Assembly (NCBI GenBank): GCA_965242865.1 | Contig: CBDETK010000013.1 | Coordinates: 1,536,001 to 1,600,000 of the forward strand | DNA: 64,000 nt | Direction: 5' to 3' | Source: Candidatus Latescibacterota bacterium | Lineage (GTDB): Bacteria > Latescibacterota > UBA2968 > UBA8231 | Part shown: one piece after another, positions 1 to 9,041 of the stretch | How positions within the stretch are numbered: the stretch's first letter is position 1 | Layout of the letters: the number at the start of each line of letters is the position of its first letter | Notes under the pieces: generated by a model | What the model was told of the DNA's origin: nothing | The model's database searches: none | The model's input: the letters and a program-made list of their open reading frames with translations, nothing else | Made by a program: the position numbers and the translations under genes

Positions 1-696
1 CTGGAATTGGCGACCGACGTGGTAATGGCCGTGGCCTCGGCCCAATTCCAGTACAATGCCCATCCGGTTTTGCAGCAGGCCGGCGTGGGCGTGGCCATCA
101 ACGCCGAGTACACAGAGCCTTCGCTGCTGGGCCGCACCGAATGGCTCAAGTTCACCGCGGCCTTTTTTAATGCGGAGGCCCTAGCGGAAAAACGCTTTGC
201 CGCCATCGCGGCCCAGTACCAGCAATACGCGGCCTTGGTGCGGGAGGTGCCCACGGCCCAACGCCCCACGGTGTTCGGCGGCTCGGTCTGGCGCGACCGC
301 TGGCACGTGGCCGGGGGCAAGAGCTACGCCGCGCAATTGGTGGCCGCGGCCGGCGGCGCGTACCTGTGGGCCGACGACGATTCCGGGGGGAGCTTGCCCC
401 TCGACTATGAGGCCGTGTACGAAAAGGCTCACGCGGCCGACGTTTGGCTAACCATGCGCAACGAGTGGCATTCACTGGCCGAGGTGCAGGCCGCGGACGA
501 GCGCTACGCTGCGTTTGCCGCGTTCCAAAGCGGTCGAGTGTATAACGCCAACGCCCGGCTCAACGCGCACGGCGGCAACGACTATTGGGAACGCGGCATC
601 GCCGAACCCCATATCGTGCTGGCCGATCTGATAAAAATCCTGCATCCCGCTCGCCTGCCAAACCACGTGCTCAAATTCTATCAAAAGCTGGACTGA
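1..696 (+). CDS. Fe-siderophore/cobalamin ABC transporter substrate-binding protein (5' truncated by window)
   Basis: Periplasmic-binding class III features (EPSLLGRTEWLK, GGNDYWERG...PHIVLADLIKILHP); directly upstream of FecCD permease and ATPase. Confidence 0.85.
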   Translation: MELATDVVMAVASAQFQYNAHPVLQQAGVGVAINAEYTEPSLLGRTEWLKFTAAFFNAEALAEKRFAAIAAQYQQYAALVREVPTAQRPTVFGGSVWRDRWHVAGGKSYAAQLVAAAGGAYLWADDDSGGSLPLDYEAVYEKAHAADVWLTMRNEWHSLAEVQAADERYAAFAAFQSGRVYNANARLNAHGGNDYWERGIAEPHIVLADLIKILHPARLPNHVLKFYQKLD

Positions 697-702
697 GACG
701 CG

Positions 703-1779
703 GTGACGCCTGCTCCCACCCCTACCCCTTGGCCCCGGCTGGGGCCGCGCTGGGGCCTCTTCCTCGCGATGGCTGTCGCGTTGCTCGGCCTTTTCGCGCT
801 CAGTCTGGGCGTCGGCTCGGTGTCCATTCCCCTCGATGCGGTGGTCGCCATCCTGTGGGGGGAAGCCGAGCAAAAGCCCAGTTGGCACCATATCATCTAC
901 GCGATCCGCCTGCCGCGCGCGCTGACGGCACTGTGGGCCGGCGCGGCCCTGAGCGTCAGCGGCTTGCAAATGCAGACCCTGTTTCGCAATCCCCTCGCCG
1001 ATCCCTTCATCCTCGGGATCAGCGCTGGCGCGAGTTTGGGCGTGGCGTTGGTCGTCTTGGGCGCGGGCGTCACCGGGGCCGGGCTGTTGGCCGGGTTGGG
1101 GCTTTTGGGCCAAGTCGGGGTGGTGGTCGCGGCCGTGGTTGGGGCGGCGCTGGTGTTGGGCTTGGTGCTTTTGGTGGGGCGGCGCGTCCAGCACACCATG
1201 ACCTTGCTCATCCTCGGCCTCATGTTCGGCTATCTGACCGGGGCCGTGGTCAGCGCGTTGCTCTACTTCAGCATTCCCGAACAGGTGCAGGCGTATGTCC
1301 TGTGGACCTTTGGCAGTTTTGGCGCGGTCGCTTGGGGCCAGTTGGTTTTTCTGACGCCGGTGGTGCTGGTCGGCTTGGCGATCGCCGGCCTGTTGGTCAA
1401 GCCGCTCAACGCCCTGCTCTTGGGGGAGACCTACGCCCGCAGCATGGGCTTGGGCGTCAAGCGGGCGCGGCTGTGGATCATCGCCAGTGCCGCGCTGCTG
1501 GCTGGCGCGGTCACCGCCTATTGCGGTCCCATTGGATTTTTGGGCGTGGCCGTGCCGCATTTGTGCCGCGCCCTGTTCAACACCTCGGACCACCGCGTCC
1601 TGCTACCGGCCAGCGTGTTGTTGGGCGGCAGCTTGGCCCTGAGCGCGGATCTGGTGGCCCGCTTGCCCGGCAGCGAAGCCACCCTGCCGCTCAACGCGGT
1701 CACCGCCCTGATCGGCGCGCCCGTGGTCACGTGGGTCATTCTGCGCCGCGGCAATTTGCGGCCGGCTTTCGCCGCTTGA
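703..1779 (+). CDS. FecCD/BtuC-family ABC transporter permease
   Basis: IRLPRAL, MQTLFRNPLADPFILGISAGA, GPIGFLGVAVPH motifs; multiple TM segments. Confidence 0.95.
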   Translation: MTPAPTPTPWPRLGPRWGLFLAMAVALLGLFALSLGVGSVSIPLDAVVAILWGEAEQKPSWHHIIYAIRLPRALTALWAGAALSVSGLQMQTLFRNPLADPFILGISAGASLGVALVVLGAGVTGAGLLAGLGLLGQVGVVVAAVVGAALVLGLVLLVGRRVQHTMTLLILGLMFGYLTGAVVSALLYFSIPEQVQAYVLWTFGSFGAVAWGQLVFLTPVVLVGLAIAGLLVKPLNALLLGETYARSMGLGVKRARLWIIASAALLAGAVTAYCGPIGFLGVAVPHLCRALFNTSDHRVLLPASVLLGGSLALSADLVARLPGSEATLPLNAVTALIGAPVVTWVILRRGNLRPAFAA

Positions 1780-1791
1780 GGGCTGTGGGCT

Positions 1792-2799
1792 ATGCTGCAA
1801 GCCTGTGACTTGGGGATTGGCTACGCGCCCCGAAGGGGGCCGCGCGTCGAGGTCGCCCTCCACCTCGACGCGCACTTGGTCGCCGGGGAACTCGTCTGCC
1901 TGTTGGGGCCAAACGGGGCCGGCAAATCCACGCTCATGCGGACGCTGGCTGGCCTGCAAAAGCCGCTGGCCGGCGCGGTGTTGCTCAAGGGCCACAACCT
2001 GCACGGCCTGCCCGAGCGCGCCCGGGCGCGGCGGCTGGGCTTGGTCCTGACCGAGCGGGTAGAAGTGGGCAATTTGTCGGCCTACGCACTCGTGGCGCTG
2101 GGTCGCTACCCGCACACGGGTTGGGCCGGCCGGCTTTCCCCGGCCGACGAAGCGGTGGTGCGGTGGGCTATGGACGCGGTGGGGGCTAGGCACTTGGCCG
2201 GGCGTAGCGTGGGCGAGTTGAGCGATGGCGAGCGGCAAAAGGTGATGATTGCCCGCGCCTTGGCGCAGGAACCCGCCGTGCTCCTGCTCGACGAGCCCAC
2301 GGCCTTTTTGGATTTGCCGCGGCGGGTGGAAGTTTTGCAGGTGTTGCGCCGCTTAGCCGGAGATCGCGACCGCGCGGTCTTGCTTTCTACGCACGATTTG
2401 GACTTGGCCCTGCGCTGCGCCGACCGCCTCTGGCTGCTGCCGCCGAACGGTCCGTTGCAAATCGGAGCGCCGGAAGACTTGGTGTTGAGCGGCGCCTTTC
2501 AGCGGACGTTTGCCGACGTGGAATTCGATCCGGCGCTCGGTTCCTTCCACTTGGCGCGGGAATCCGAGGGCGAAGTCGGCTTAGTGGGAGCTGGGCTGCA
2601 TGCCCGGTGGACAGCGCGGGCGTTGGAACGAGCAGGCTTCCGCGTGGCGAAAGACGCGCCGACGTGCGTCGAGCTCATCCACGCCGGCGACGCCACCGCT
2701 TGGCAGCTTCACACGGCGAGCGGCGACCGCGTCTGCGCCACCTTGTACGAGGTGGTCAAGTGCTTGAAGCATGGATGCGATATGGCTAATCAATTATAG
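1792..2799 (+). CDS. Fe/cobalamin ABC transporter ATP-binding protein
   Basis: Walker A GPNGAGKST, signature LSDGERQK, Walker B LLLDEPT, H-loop STHD. Confidence 0.95.
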   Translation: MLQACDLGIGYAPRRGPRVEVALHLDAHLVAGELVCLLGPNGAGKSTLMRTLAGLQKPLAGAVLLKGHNLHGLPERARARRLGLVLTERVEVGNLSAYALVALGRYPHTGWAGRLSPADEAVVRWAMDAVGARHLAGRSVGELSDGERQKVMIARALAQEPAVLLLDEPTAFLDLPRRVEVLQVLRRLAGDRDRAVLLSTHDLDLALRCADRLWLLPPNGPLQIGAPEDLVLSGAFQRTFADVEFDPALGSFHLARESEGEVGLVGAGLHARWTARALERAGFRVAKDAPTCVELIHAGDATAWQLHTASGDRVCATLYEVVKCLKHGCDMANQL

Positions 2800-2885
2800 T
2801 TAGCGCATGGAACGCGAAGGAGTGCCTTGAGACGAGTTAAAGAGTTGCTATCGTCGGCGAAAACGTTAACCGTGAAGACTTAGCT

Positions 2886-3128
2886 GTGACGCAGCGATTG
2901 AACGATTCAATAGATTTGCTCGCCCGAATTACCATCGATTCCGAGATCTGTCATGGAAAACCCTGCATTCGCGGCCTGCGATATCCCGTCGAGACGATCC
3001 TAGAGCTATTGAGTGCGGGGATGACGCACGAGGACATCCTCGCTGATTACGACGATTTAGAGGCCCAGGACATCCTCGCCGCATTGGATTTTGCCGCCCG
3101 CTTGAGCCGCGTCAAACGGAATTTCTAA
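2886..3128 (+). CDS. DUF433 family antitoxin-like protein
   Basis: RITIDSEICHGKPCIRGLRYPVETILELLSAGMTHEDILADYDDL is the typical DUF433 pattern. Confidence 0.9.
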   Translation: MTQRLNDSIDLLARITIDSEICHGKPCIRGLRYPVETILELLSAGMTHEDILADYDDLEAQDILAALDFAARLSRVKRNF

Positions 3129-3141
3129 ACGGCGTTGTCCC

Positions 3142-4056
3142 ATGACCCGAATTGTCTCCCTATTGCCCAGCAGTACTGAAATCATCTGCGCTCTCGGCTG
3201 CGGCGCACACTTGGTTGGCCGTTCCCACGAGTGCGACTATCCGCTTGGGGTTGGCGACCTACCCGTCTGCACGGCCCCCAAGTTCGACCCGGACGGGACC
3301 TCGTACCAGATTGACCAGCGCGTCAAAGCGATCTTGCAGGAAGCGGCCTCGGTGTACCGAGTCAATGCCGACCTGCTCAACGAGTTGGCGCCGGATTGGT
3401 TGGTGACGCAATCGCAGTGCGAAGTTTGCGCTGTCAGTCTCAAGGATGTGGAGGAAGCGGCCTGTCGATTGGTGCGCTCGCGGCCGGCCATTTTGTCGTT
3501 GGCCCCCAATGCGTTGGCCGATGTCTGGGGCGATATTGAGCGGGTGGCGGCCGCGCTTGACGTAGAGGAGACCGGCCGCGCCTTGGTGGCCCAACTGCGG
3601 GACCGGCTCGGGCAAGTCGCCGCCCGCACTCGCCAGATCGACCAGCGCCCGCGCATTGCCTGCATTGAGTGGTTTGAGCCGCTGATGGCCGCGGGCCATT
3701 GGATTCCCGAATTGGTGGAAATCGCGGCCGGCCAAAACCTCTTTGCGGCGGCCGGGACGCATTCGCCTTGGCTGTCGTGGGAGGAGCTCGTGGAAGCTCA
3801 GCCGGATATTATCGTCCTGATGCCCTGCGGCTTTGACCTGCCCCGCTCCCGACGCGAGTTGCCAGCACTTACCGAGCATCCGCTGTGGTCGCGGCTGCAA
3901 GCCGTGCAGCAGGGGCAGGTATTCCTCACCGACGGCAATCAGTTTTTCAACCGCCCGGGGCCGCGGCTGGTAGAGTCCGCCGAAATGCTCGCTGAGATTT
4001 TCCATCCCCAACACGTAGATGGCACCCACGAGCATCGAGGATGGGAGTGGGTGTAG
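3142..4056 (+). CDS. BtuF-like cobalamin-binding protein
   Basis: RIVSLLPSSTEII, LVGRSHECDYP, QCEVCAV, FNRPGPRLVES. Confidence 0.85.
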   Translation: MTRIVSLLPSSTEIICALGCGAHLVGRSHECDYPLGVGDLPVCTAPKFDPDGTSYQIDQRVKAILQEAASVYRVNADLLNELAPDWLVTQSQCEVCAVSLKDVEEAACRLVRSRPAILSLAPNALADVWGDIERVAAALDVEETGRALVAQLRDRLGQVAARTRQIDQRPRIACIEWFEPLMAAGHWIPELVEIAAGQNLFAAAGTHSPWLSWEELVEAQPDIIVLMPCGFDLPRSRRELPALTEHPLWSRLQAVQQGQVFLTDGNQFFNRPGPRLVESAEMLAEIFHPQHVDGTHEHRGWEWV

Positions 4057-4203
4057 GTTAGGGGTGCTCTTGCAAAATCCTATTTATGATAATTTGACAG
4101 GCGGCTCAAGGGCTTAGACTTCGTCGGCGGTGGTGGGGCCGCCGAGTGCGCCGCGGACGTTTACGGCGACAACCTCTCATCCCTCCAGAAAGAGAGCGTA
4201 CGG

Positions 4204-4860
4204 ATGATACTTAGATGTGAACAAAGTGCGGTGAAGTGCCTGATGCTCACTGTCACTATCTGTGTGTTCGGAAGTGGGCCAGCTATCGCATTGAGCGGCT
4301 CGACTCAAAGTACCAGAGCCTGGGCCCTGCCGGCCGTTTTTGGCTTGTTTGCCCGACTGCCGACGCAAGTTGATACCATGAGGTACTATCAGGGCTTTGA
4401 CTTCAGTGCCGGAAATGCTGGAAGCGAAAGCGATTCTTACGATGGGGAACAAGGCTTACCGGGGACCGATGACTTGGGGCTATATCAACTCACTCACACT
4501 GATGGCGGTCCTTCGACTCCAGGATATTTCCAAACGCCACCCGGTGGAGATATAGTTGATATAGATATATATCCTTTCAACGTGATTTTTAGACCGCCGA
4601 GAGGTGGAGATGGGTGGGGATTCCAAGAGATAATTGAAGGCCATACCTATGCAGTTTGGCCGCTCGACGGGGGGCTTGCGCTCATGTACGTCGTTGAGGT
4701 CGGTTTATGGCCACCTGACCCCGCCGGGTATGCTGGCGGGGCCATCGCCAATGTCGTGATAGAGTGGATGTATGCTCCAGAGTGGATGTATGGGGAACCG
4801 ACGGCCATTCAAGCGACTTCATGGGGGCGATTAAAAAGCAACATCCACAGGGGGCCATAG
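4204..4860 (+). CDS. Hypothetical secreted protein with C-terminal TSWGRLK tail (start uncertain)
   Basis: Hydrophobic N-terminus; shares GFDFS.G...DDL...EG.TYA.W..GG.ALM...W.Y.P domain and tail with the downstream ORF. Confidence 0.7.
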   Translation: MILRCEQSAVKCLMLTVTICVFGSGPAIALSGSTQSTRAWALPAVFGLFARLPTQVDTMRYYQGFDFSAGNAGSESDSYDGEQGLPGTDDLGLYQLTHTDGGPSTPGYFQTPPGGDIVDIDIYPFNVIFRPPRGGDGWGFQEIIEGHTYAVWPLDGGLALMYVVEVGLWPPDPAGYAGGAIANVVIEWMYAPEWMYGEPTAIQATSWGRLKSNIHRGP

Positions 4861-4876
4861 CCCGCTCTCAAACCAC

Positions 4877-6376
4877 ATGCTATCAAGAAAAAGGAAAAAG
4901 ATGTCCCTACGTATGTTGACTGTCCTCGCTCTATGCGTTCTGATGATGCCGTCAGCGCAAGCCCAAACTGCCGAGATCGAAATAATCCCAACCGATTTTG
5001 TCCCGTTGGAGGTGGGCAATCGTTGGATATACACACATAGCTATTTTAATGAGATGTATTACGAATGGGACGACTTTTGGGAGGGAAGCTATTTCCGGCC
5101 TGACGAGGAAGAGGAAATAGCATATTGGAAACTCTTTTTCAAGCAATTTGAGATTCCTGGGTATCCATTTGGGGAGTCGAGTCCACCTAGGGCCTTAACT
5201 CGCCCGGACAATCCTACTTTGGTTGTTGAGATCACGCATACGGAATGGATCGATGGCTTTGAGTATTTTGTGTTTAGTGAGGCTCCGTATGACTGGCCCC
5301 CACTGCCGGTGTTTTTTTGGGATGGCCAGAAGGTGCGCTTGTCCGAGGACGGTATTCTGCTTTTTCGCAAGCATGGCACCGATGTTCCCTTGTATGATTT
5401 CAGTCCACAGCGTGAAGGTATAGATTCAGCTTTTCTGCTTTTTCACAAGCATGGCACCGATATTCCCTTGTATGATTTTGGCCCACAGCCTGAAGATATA
5501 GATTCAGCTTTTGAATATGAAGATATAGATTCAGCTTTTGAATATATCCCAATCGATATTCGACGATGGATGCGAGAGCGACTTACCTATCCGGATCCCT
5601 TAGACAAAATTATAAATCCAGCGTATCGGAATCAAATTTTGGAGATCGATTTTTCCTTTAGAGGCCCGATGGAATATAGTAGTTTGGATGCGTGGAATAC
5701 TCAATTTGTGAAAGGGTATGGTATAGGATCTTCTAGGAGGGAAATAGGTGGTACTGGTAATTCCCTTCACTTCTGGAATGATCTTTGGCCTATTTCTGCG
5801 ATTCTTTCTGGGAAAGAAGTGTCCTTTCAAGAAGCGACGAGTAAATTTGTAGTGGATCCTGAGCTTCCGCCGATATGGGGACAACTCGGTAAGGTATTCA
5901 ACCAATCGGGATTTGACTTCAGCAAAGGGACTGAGTCCTACGGACCCGAGGATGACTTACACTTTGGTCAACGTACACAGCATGGTTTTGGCGATGGTCC
6001 ACCTTATTTAAGCTCACGCATAGGAATGGCCGCTCTTGGGCAGGTAGAATTTGGATCGTTAGTCTCCGAAGGGCTCCCTGACCTGCGGCTCGATCCTCCT
6101 GAGCGTGTTTTTACAGATGGCACGTTCCGTTGGCTTAAAATTTGCCAAGAAGGCGATACCTATGCGCTTTGGACCCGAGAAGGAGGCATTGCGCTAATGC
6201 ATATCCTTAAGATCAGTCGCTCTAGAGGCACAGTCCGCCATCTGTTGTTTGATTGGGTGTACTATCCCGCTTCCGACCGGTCCCCTGATACGACCTCTGT
6301 CCAACCTACATCGTGGGGGCAGTTGAAAGCTACCTATACGAAAATCATGTCAAGCGACGGATTTGCGCCAAGATAG
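4877..6376 (+). CDS. Hypothetical secreted protein with C-terminal TSWGQLK tail
   Basis: 499-aa ORF, signal peptide ending AQA, DFVPLEVGNRWIY N-terminal motif, AT-richer than flanks. Confidence 0.8.
   Translation: MLSRKRKKMSLRMLTVLALCVLMMPSAQAQTAEIEIIPTDFVPLEVGNRWIYTHSYFNEMYYEWDDFWEGSYFRPDEEEEIAYWKLFFKQFEIPGYPFGESSPPRALTRPDNPTLVVEITHTEWIDGFEYFVFSEAPYDWPPLPVFFWDGQKVRLSEDGILLFRKHGTDVPLYDFSPQREGIDSAFLLFHKHGTDIPLYDFGPQPEDIDSAFEYEDIDSAFEYIPIDIRRWMRERLTYPDPLDKIINPAYRNQILEIDFSFRGPMEYSSLDAWNTQFVKGYGIGSSRREIGGTGNSLHFWNDLWPISAILSGKEVSFQEATSKFVVDPELPPIWGQLGKVFNQSGFDFSKGTESYGPEDDLHFGQRTQHGFGDGPPYLSSRIGMAALGQVEFGSLVSEGLPDLRLDPPERVFTDGTFRWLKICQEGDTYALWTREGGIALMHILKISRSRGTVRHLLFDWVYYPASDRSPDTTSVQPTSWGQLKATYTKIMSSDGFAPR
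5355..5545 (+). repeat. In-frame 78-bp tandem duplication followed by a 27-bp tandem duplication
   Basis: LLFRKHGTDVPLYDFSPQREGIDSAF / LLFHKHGTDIPLYDFGPQPEDIDSAF, then EDIDSAFEY twice; near-identical at DNA level. Confidence 0.9.
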
Positions 6377-6489
6377 ACGCGGTTGCGGTGGCCTCTTATG
6401 AGGATCATCCGAACGCGCTGCGGCTCTGGGGAAGCGATGGCGACTTCCGGCTCCGCATGTGGCATTAGATGAGTTAGTCGGCTCGTCTT

Positions 6490-7008
6490 TTAGCCCAGCA
6501 CATCGGAAAAACTTTTGATTGGCAGCCGAAATCTGTGCTGCTGCGCCCACGTCTCCTTGAGTTCGTCTGCTTCCGCGACGCTCAATAGGTTTTTACGGAT
6601 CATTGCAACGATGAGGTCTTGGGTTGTCAGAATACAAAGATCGCGGCTGATCTCTCGTGCTCGATTTGTCGCTTGTCGATCATCAATAGCCAATATGTAT
6701 GCTCGGGATACAGCCAACGCGATTGCGGAACACTCGCCGGGCCCCAAGCGTCTGGATTCGCCCAATGAGCCGAACAGAGCGACTTCGCGTCGGTCAGCAA
6801 TGCTGACTTGTTTCAAAGCACCAGACCGGAGCGCGGCTTTGAGGCGCGTCTGCTCGTCCGAATAGAAATCCTTGACTTCAGCCGCCACGTGGTCCGTAAC
6901 GACGAACTGGTGACCGTGGCGAGCAATCAGGTCCATGCGATCGACGCAGAGAAAGTTGATGAGAACAGACGTATCCACCGCTATTACGGCCGAACTCGTG
7001 CGGGGCAT
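6490..7008 (-). CDS. PIN-domain (DUF3368-like) ribonuclease toxin
   Basis: AVDTSVLINF, LGPGECSAIALA, LAIDDRQA acidic PIN motifs. Confidence 0.85.
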   Translation of the reverse strand: MPRTSSAVIAVDTSVLINFLCVDRMDLIARHGHQFVVTDHVAAEVKDFYSDEQTRLKAALRSGALKQVSIADRREVALFGSLGESRRLGPGECSAIALAVSRAYILAIDDRQATNRAREISRDLCILTTQDLIVAMIRKNLLSVAEADELKETWAQQHRFRLPIKSFSDVLG

Positions 7009-7024
7009 GGTCCGTGCTCAGTGC

Positions 7025-8263
7025 TCAGCCCTCGTGCGCCGCTTCCGCAAGGATCAGAAGGGATTTACCATCAATCCCGAGCGTTTTGCTCAGTTCGAGG
7101 AGACGCCCGCGGGAGATGTCCTCGCGACGATAGGCTTCAATCGCCAAGTGTGCGATTTCGCTGCGAAGCTCACGATCCCAGTATGGCCTTTGCTCCGGTT
7201 GTTCTAGCTCGTCGCGCTTGTTGAGAAGATGCAGATATCGGATGCCGAAATGTTCTTGGTCTAGGAGTCCGGTGGAGGCTGACTGTGAAACGTATTTGAG
7301 GCTCTTTAGACGATAGAGAGCCGCTTGGTAGCTCACGCCGAAATGGTGGGCCACGAGCGCAACGTCCTTGTAGGTGATTCTCTGGGAACTAGCGGGCGGG
7401 CGAAACTCTGCTTGAATACGTCCGCCGCTCGCGGCATCGAAAATCGTTTGCTCATGGCGGGCAGGCAGCCCCTTGTCTAAGGTTCGCAATACTTCAGATA
7501 CCCCGTTTCTCGGCATGAGAAACGCCGCGGCAAAGGCATTCGCCCGTTTTTCTACCAACTCCGCCGAGTTGTCGGTACTAGAGATGGAAACGGTCCGTTC
7601 TCGGTCCAACAGCGCATGGGCATATTCGTGTGCATAAGAAAATCGCTTTCGTCCGCGCGGATGTGAGGCGTTGACGAGAATAGCCAAGCCGATTGAAGAA
7701 TGGCGCAGGAACAAACCGGACATGTGCCCAGGCAATTCAAGGCCGGATGCCCAAATGCCCTGAGAACCGATTAGTTCCGCAACGTCGGCTAAAGGAGCAT
7801 TGCCGATGTTGAGGCGGGACCGCTCCTCATCGGCGAGTTGCTCCGCTTGAGTCACGGCCTGTCCGGCCGAGCGAGGAACCCGCACGGTATGCACCGGCGG
7901 ACCGGACCGTAGGCCCAGCCCTAGGATTTTCTCCAGCACGACTCCCTCGCGACACAGGGAGACGCAACGATCTACCTGTTCACGCACCTCCGAATCCCGC
8001 TTTAGGCTAGGGACGATTCGGAACAAGGCGACGAGAACATCCTCGTTTTCGTCTTCCACGATTTCTTTGAAGAAGTGAAATACAGGATGGCGATAGCATT
8101 CGGCCAGTTTCGTCAGTTCCAGCGTGGAGACCGAACGCTTACCTGACTCGATTTGGGTGATTGCCGTGCGCGGTACGCCAAGGGCGTCCGCCGCGGCCTG
8201 TTGGCTCTGTCCCCGCGTTTCACGTGCGGCTCGTAGCTGTATGCCGAGCTTGATTGGATCCAT
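7025..8263 (-). CDS. XRE HTH + ImmA/IrrE (DUF955) metallopeptidase regulator
   Basis: N-terminal HTH (SQQAAADALGVPRTAITQIESGKR), RFSYAHEYAH HExxH, EKRANAFAAAFLMP; start placed at MDPIK. Confidence 0.92.
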   Translation of the reverse strand: MDPIKLGIQLRAARETRGQSQQAAADALGVPRTAITQIESGKRSVSTLELTKLAECYRHPVFHFFKEIVEDENEDVLVALFRIVPSLKRDSEVREQVDRCVSLCREGVVLEKILGLGLRSGPPVHTVRVPRSAGQAVTQAEQLADEERSRLNIGNAPLADVAELIGSQGIWASGLELPGHMSGLFLRHSSIGLAILVNASHPRGRKRFSYAHEYAHALLDRERTVSISSTDNSAELVEKRANAFAAAFLMPRNGVSEVLRTLDKGLPARHEQTIFDAASGGRIQAEFRPPASSQRITYKDVALVAHHFGVSYQAALYRLKSLKYVSQSASTGLLDQEHFGIRYLHLLNKRDELEQPEQRPYWDRELRSEIAHLAIEAYRREDISRGRLLELSKTLGIDGKSLLILAEAAHEG

Positions 8264-8264
8264 A

Positions 8265-8362
8265 ATAACCTTTTTGTTAAACGTACTAAATCGGACATAT
8301 TTTGTCAAATATATACTTGTATTGTTCTATTATAGGACATATTATTAACAATGGAGGTCGCT
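8265..8362. promoter_or_regulatory. AT-rich divergent promoter with two GGACATATT boxes
   Basis: GGACATATT at 8293-8301 and 8335-8343 (42 bp apart); GACA-N5-TGTC dyad at 8294-8306; GGAGG at 8353. Confidence 0.55.
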
Positions 8363-8408
8363 ATGACTTGTGCGCTTTCGGATTTTCCAAAGCCAAACCC
8401 AAGGTAAA

Positions 8409-9041
8409 ATGATGAAATACATTGCATTGGCCCTAGCGTTACTCGCCGGCCGCGTCGCAGCCGAGGAGGCGGACTCCAGCCGGGTCATTCTCTTTTTTGG
8501 CGATAGCTTGACCGCTGGCTACGGCCTCGACCGCGAACAAGCCTTCCCGGCTTTGGTGCAGGCGCGAATCGATTCGCTTGGCTGGAACTTTGAAGTGTTC
8601 AATGCCGGGCTTGGCGGCGAGACTTCAGCCGGTGGGCTGCGCCGCATTGACTGGCTCTTGCGCCGCCCCATCGACGTGTTCGTCCTCGAATTGGGGGCCA
8701 ACGACGGCCTGCGCGGCGTGGACCCCCAAGACACCCACGCCAATCTGCAAGCGATTGTCGAGCGGGTAAAAGCGAAAAACCCCGAAGTCGCCGTGGTCAT
8801 CGCCGGCATGCAGATGCCGCCCAATTTTGGTGCCGAGTACGCGGCGGCGTTTGCCGCGGTGTTCCCGGCGGTGGCGCAAAAAAACGACGCGGCCTTGATC
8901 CCCTTCTTGTTGGAAGGCGTGGGAGACCAACCCGCGCTGAACTTGCCCGACGGCAATCACCCCAACGCCGAAGGCCACCGGGTCGTCGCCGAAACCGTGT
9001 GGGCGACGCTGGGGCCGGTGCTGGAGAAGCTGCGCCGCTAG
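8409..9041 (+). CDS. tesA: Arylesterase / acyl-CoA thioesterase I (GDSL/SGNH)
   Basis: FFGDSLTAGYG, ELGANDGLRG, DGNHPN; adjacent to ybbA/ybbP homologues. Confidence 0.9.
   Translation: MMKYIALALALLAGRVAAEEADSSRVILFFGDSLTAGYGLDREQAFPALVQARIDSLGWNFEVFNAGLGGETSAGGLRRIDWLLRRPIDVFVLELGANDGLRGVDPQDTHANLQAIVERVKAKNPEVAVVIAGMQMPPNFGAEYAAAFAAVFPAVAQKNDAALIPFLLEGVGDQPALNLPDGNHPNAEGHRVVAETVWATLGPVLEKLRR

Noticed and set aside
472-1593. Long antisense/alternate-frame ORFs here and throughout (e.g. 585-1808, 8999-9994, 41531-42544, 57295-58263)
   Set aside because: Shadow ORFs of well-supported genes in high-GC DNA; Arg/Pro/Gly-rich with no motifs
1-4200. Cobalamin riboswitch near the btu-like genes
   Set aside because: No B12-box recognisable in the intergenic gaps; the operon start lies outside the window
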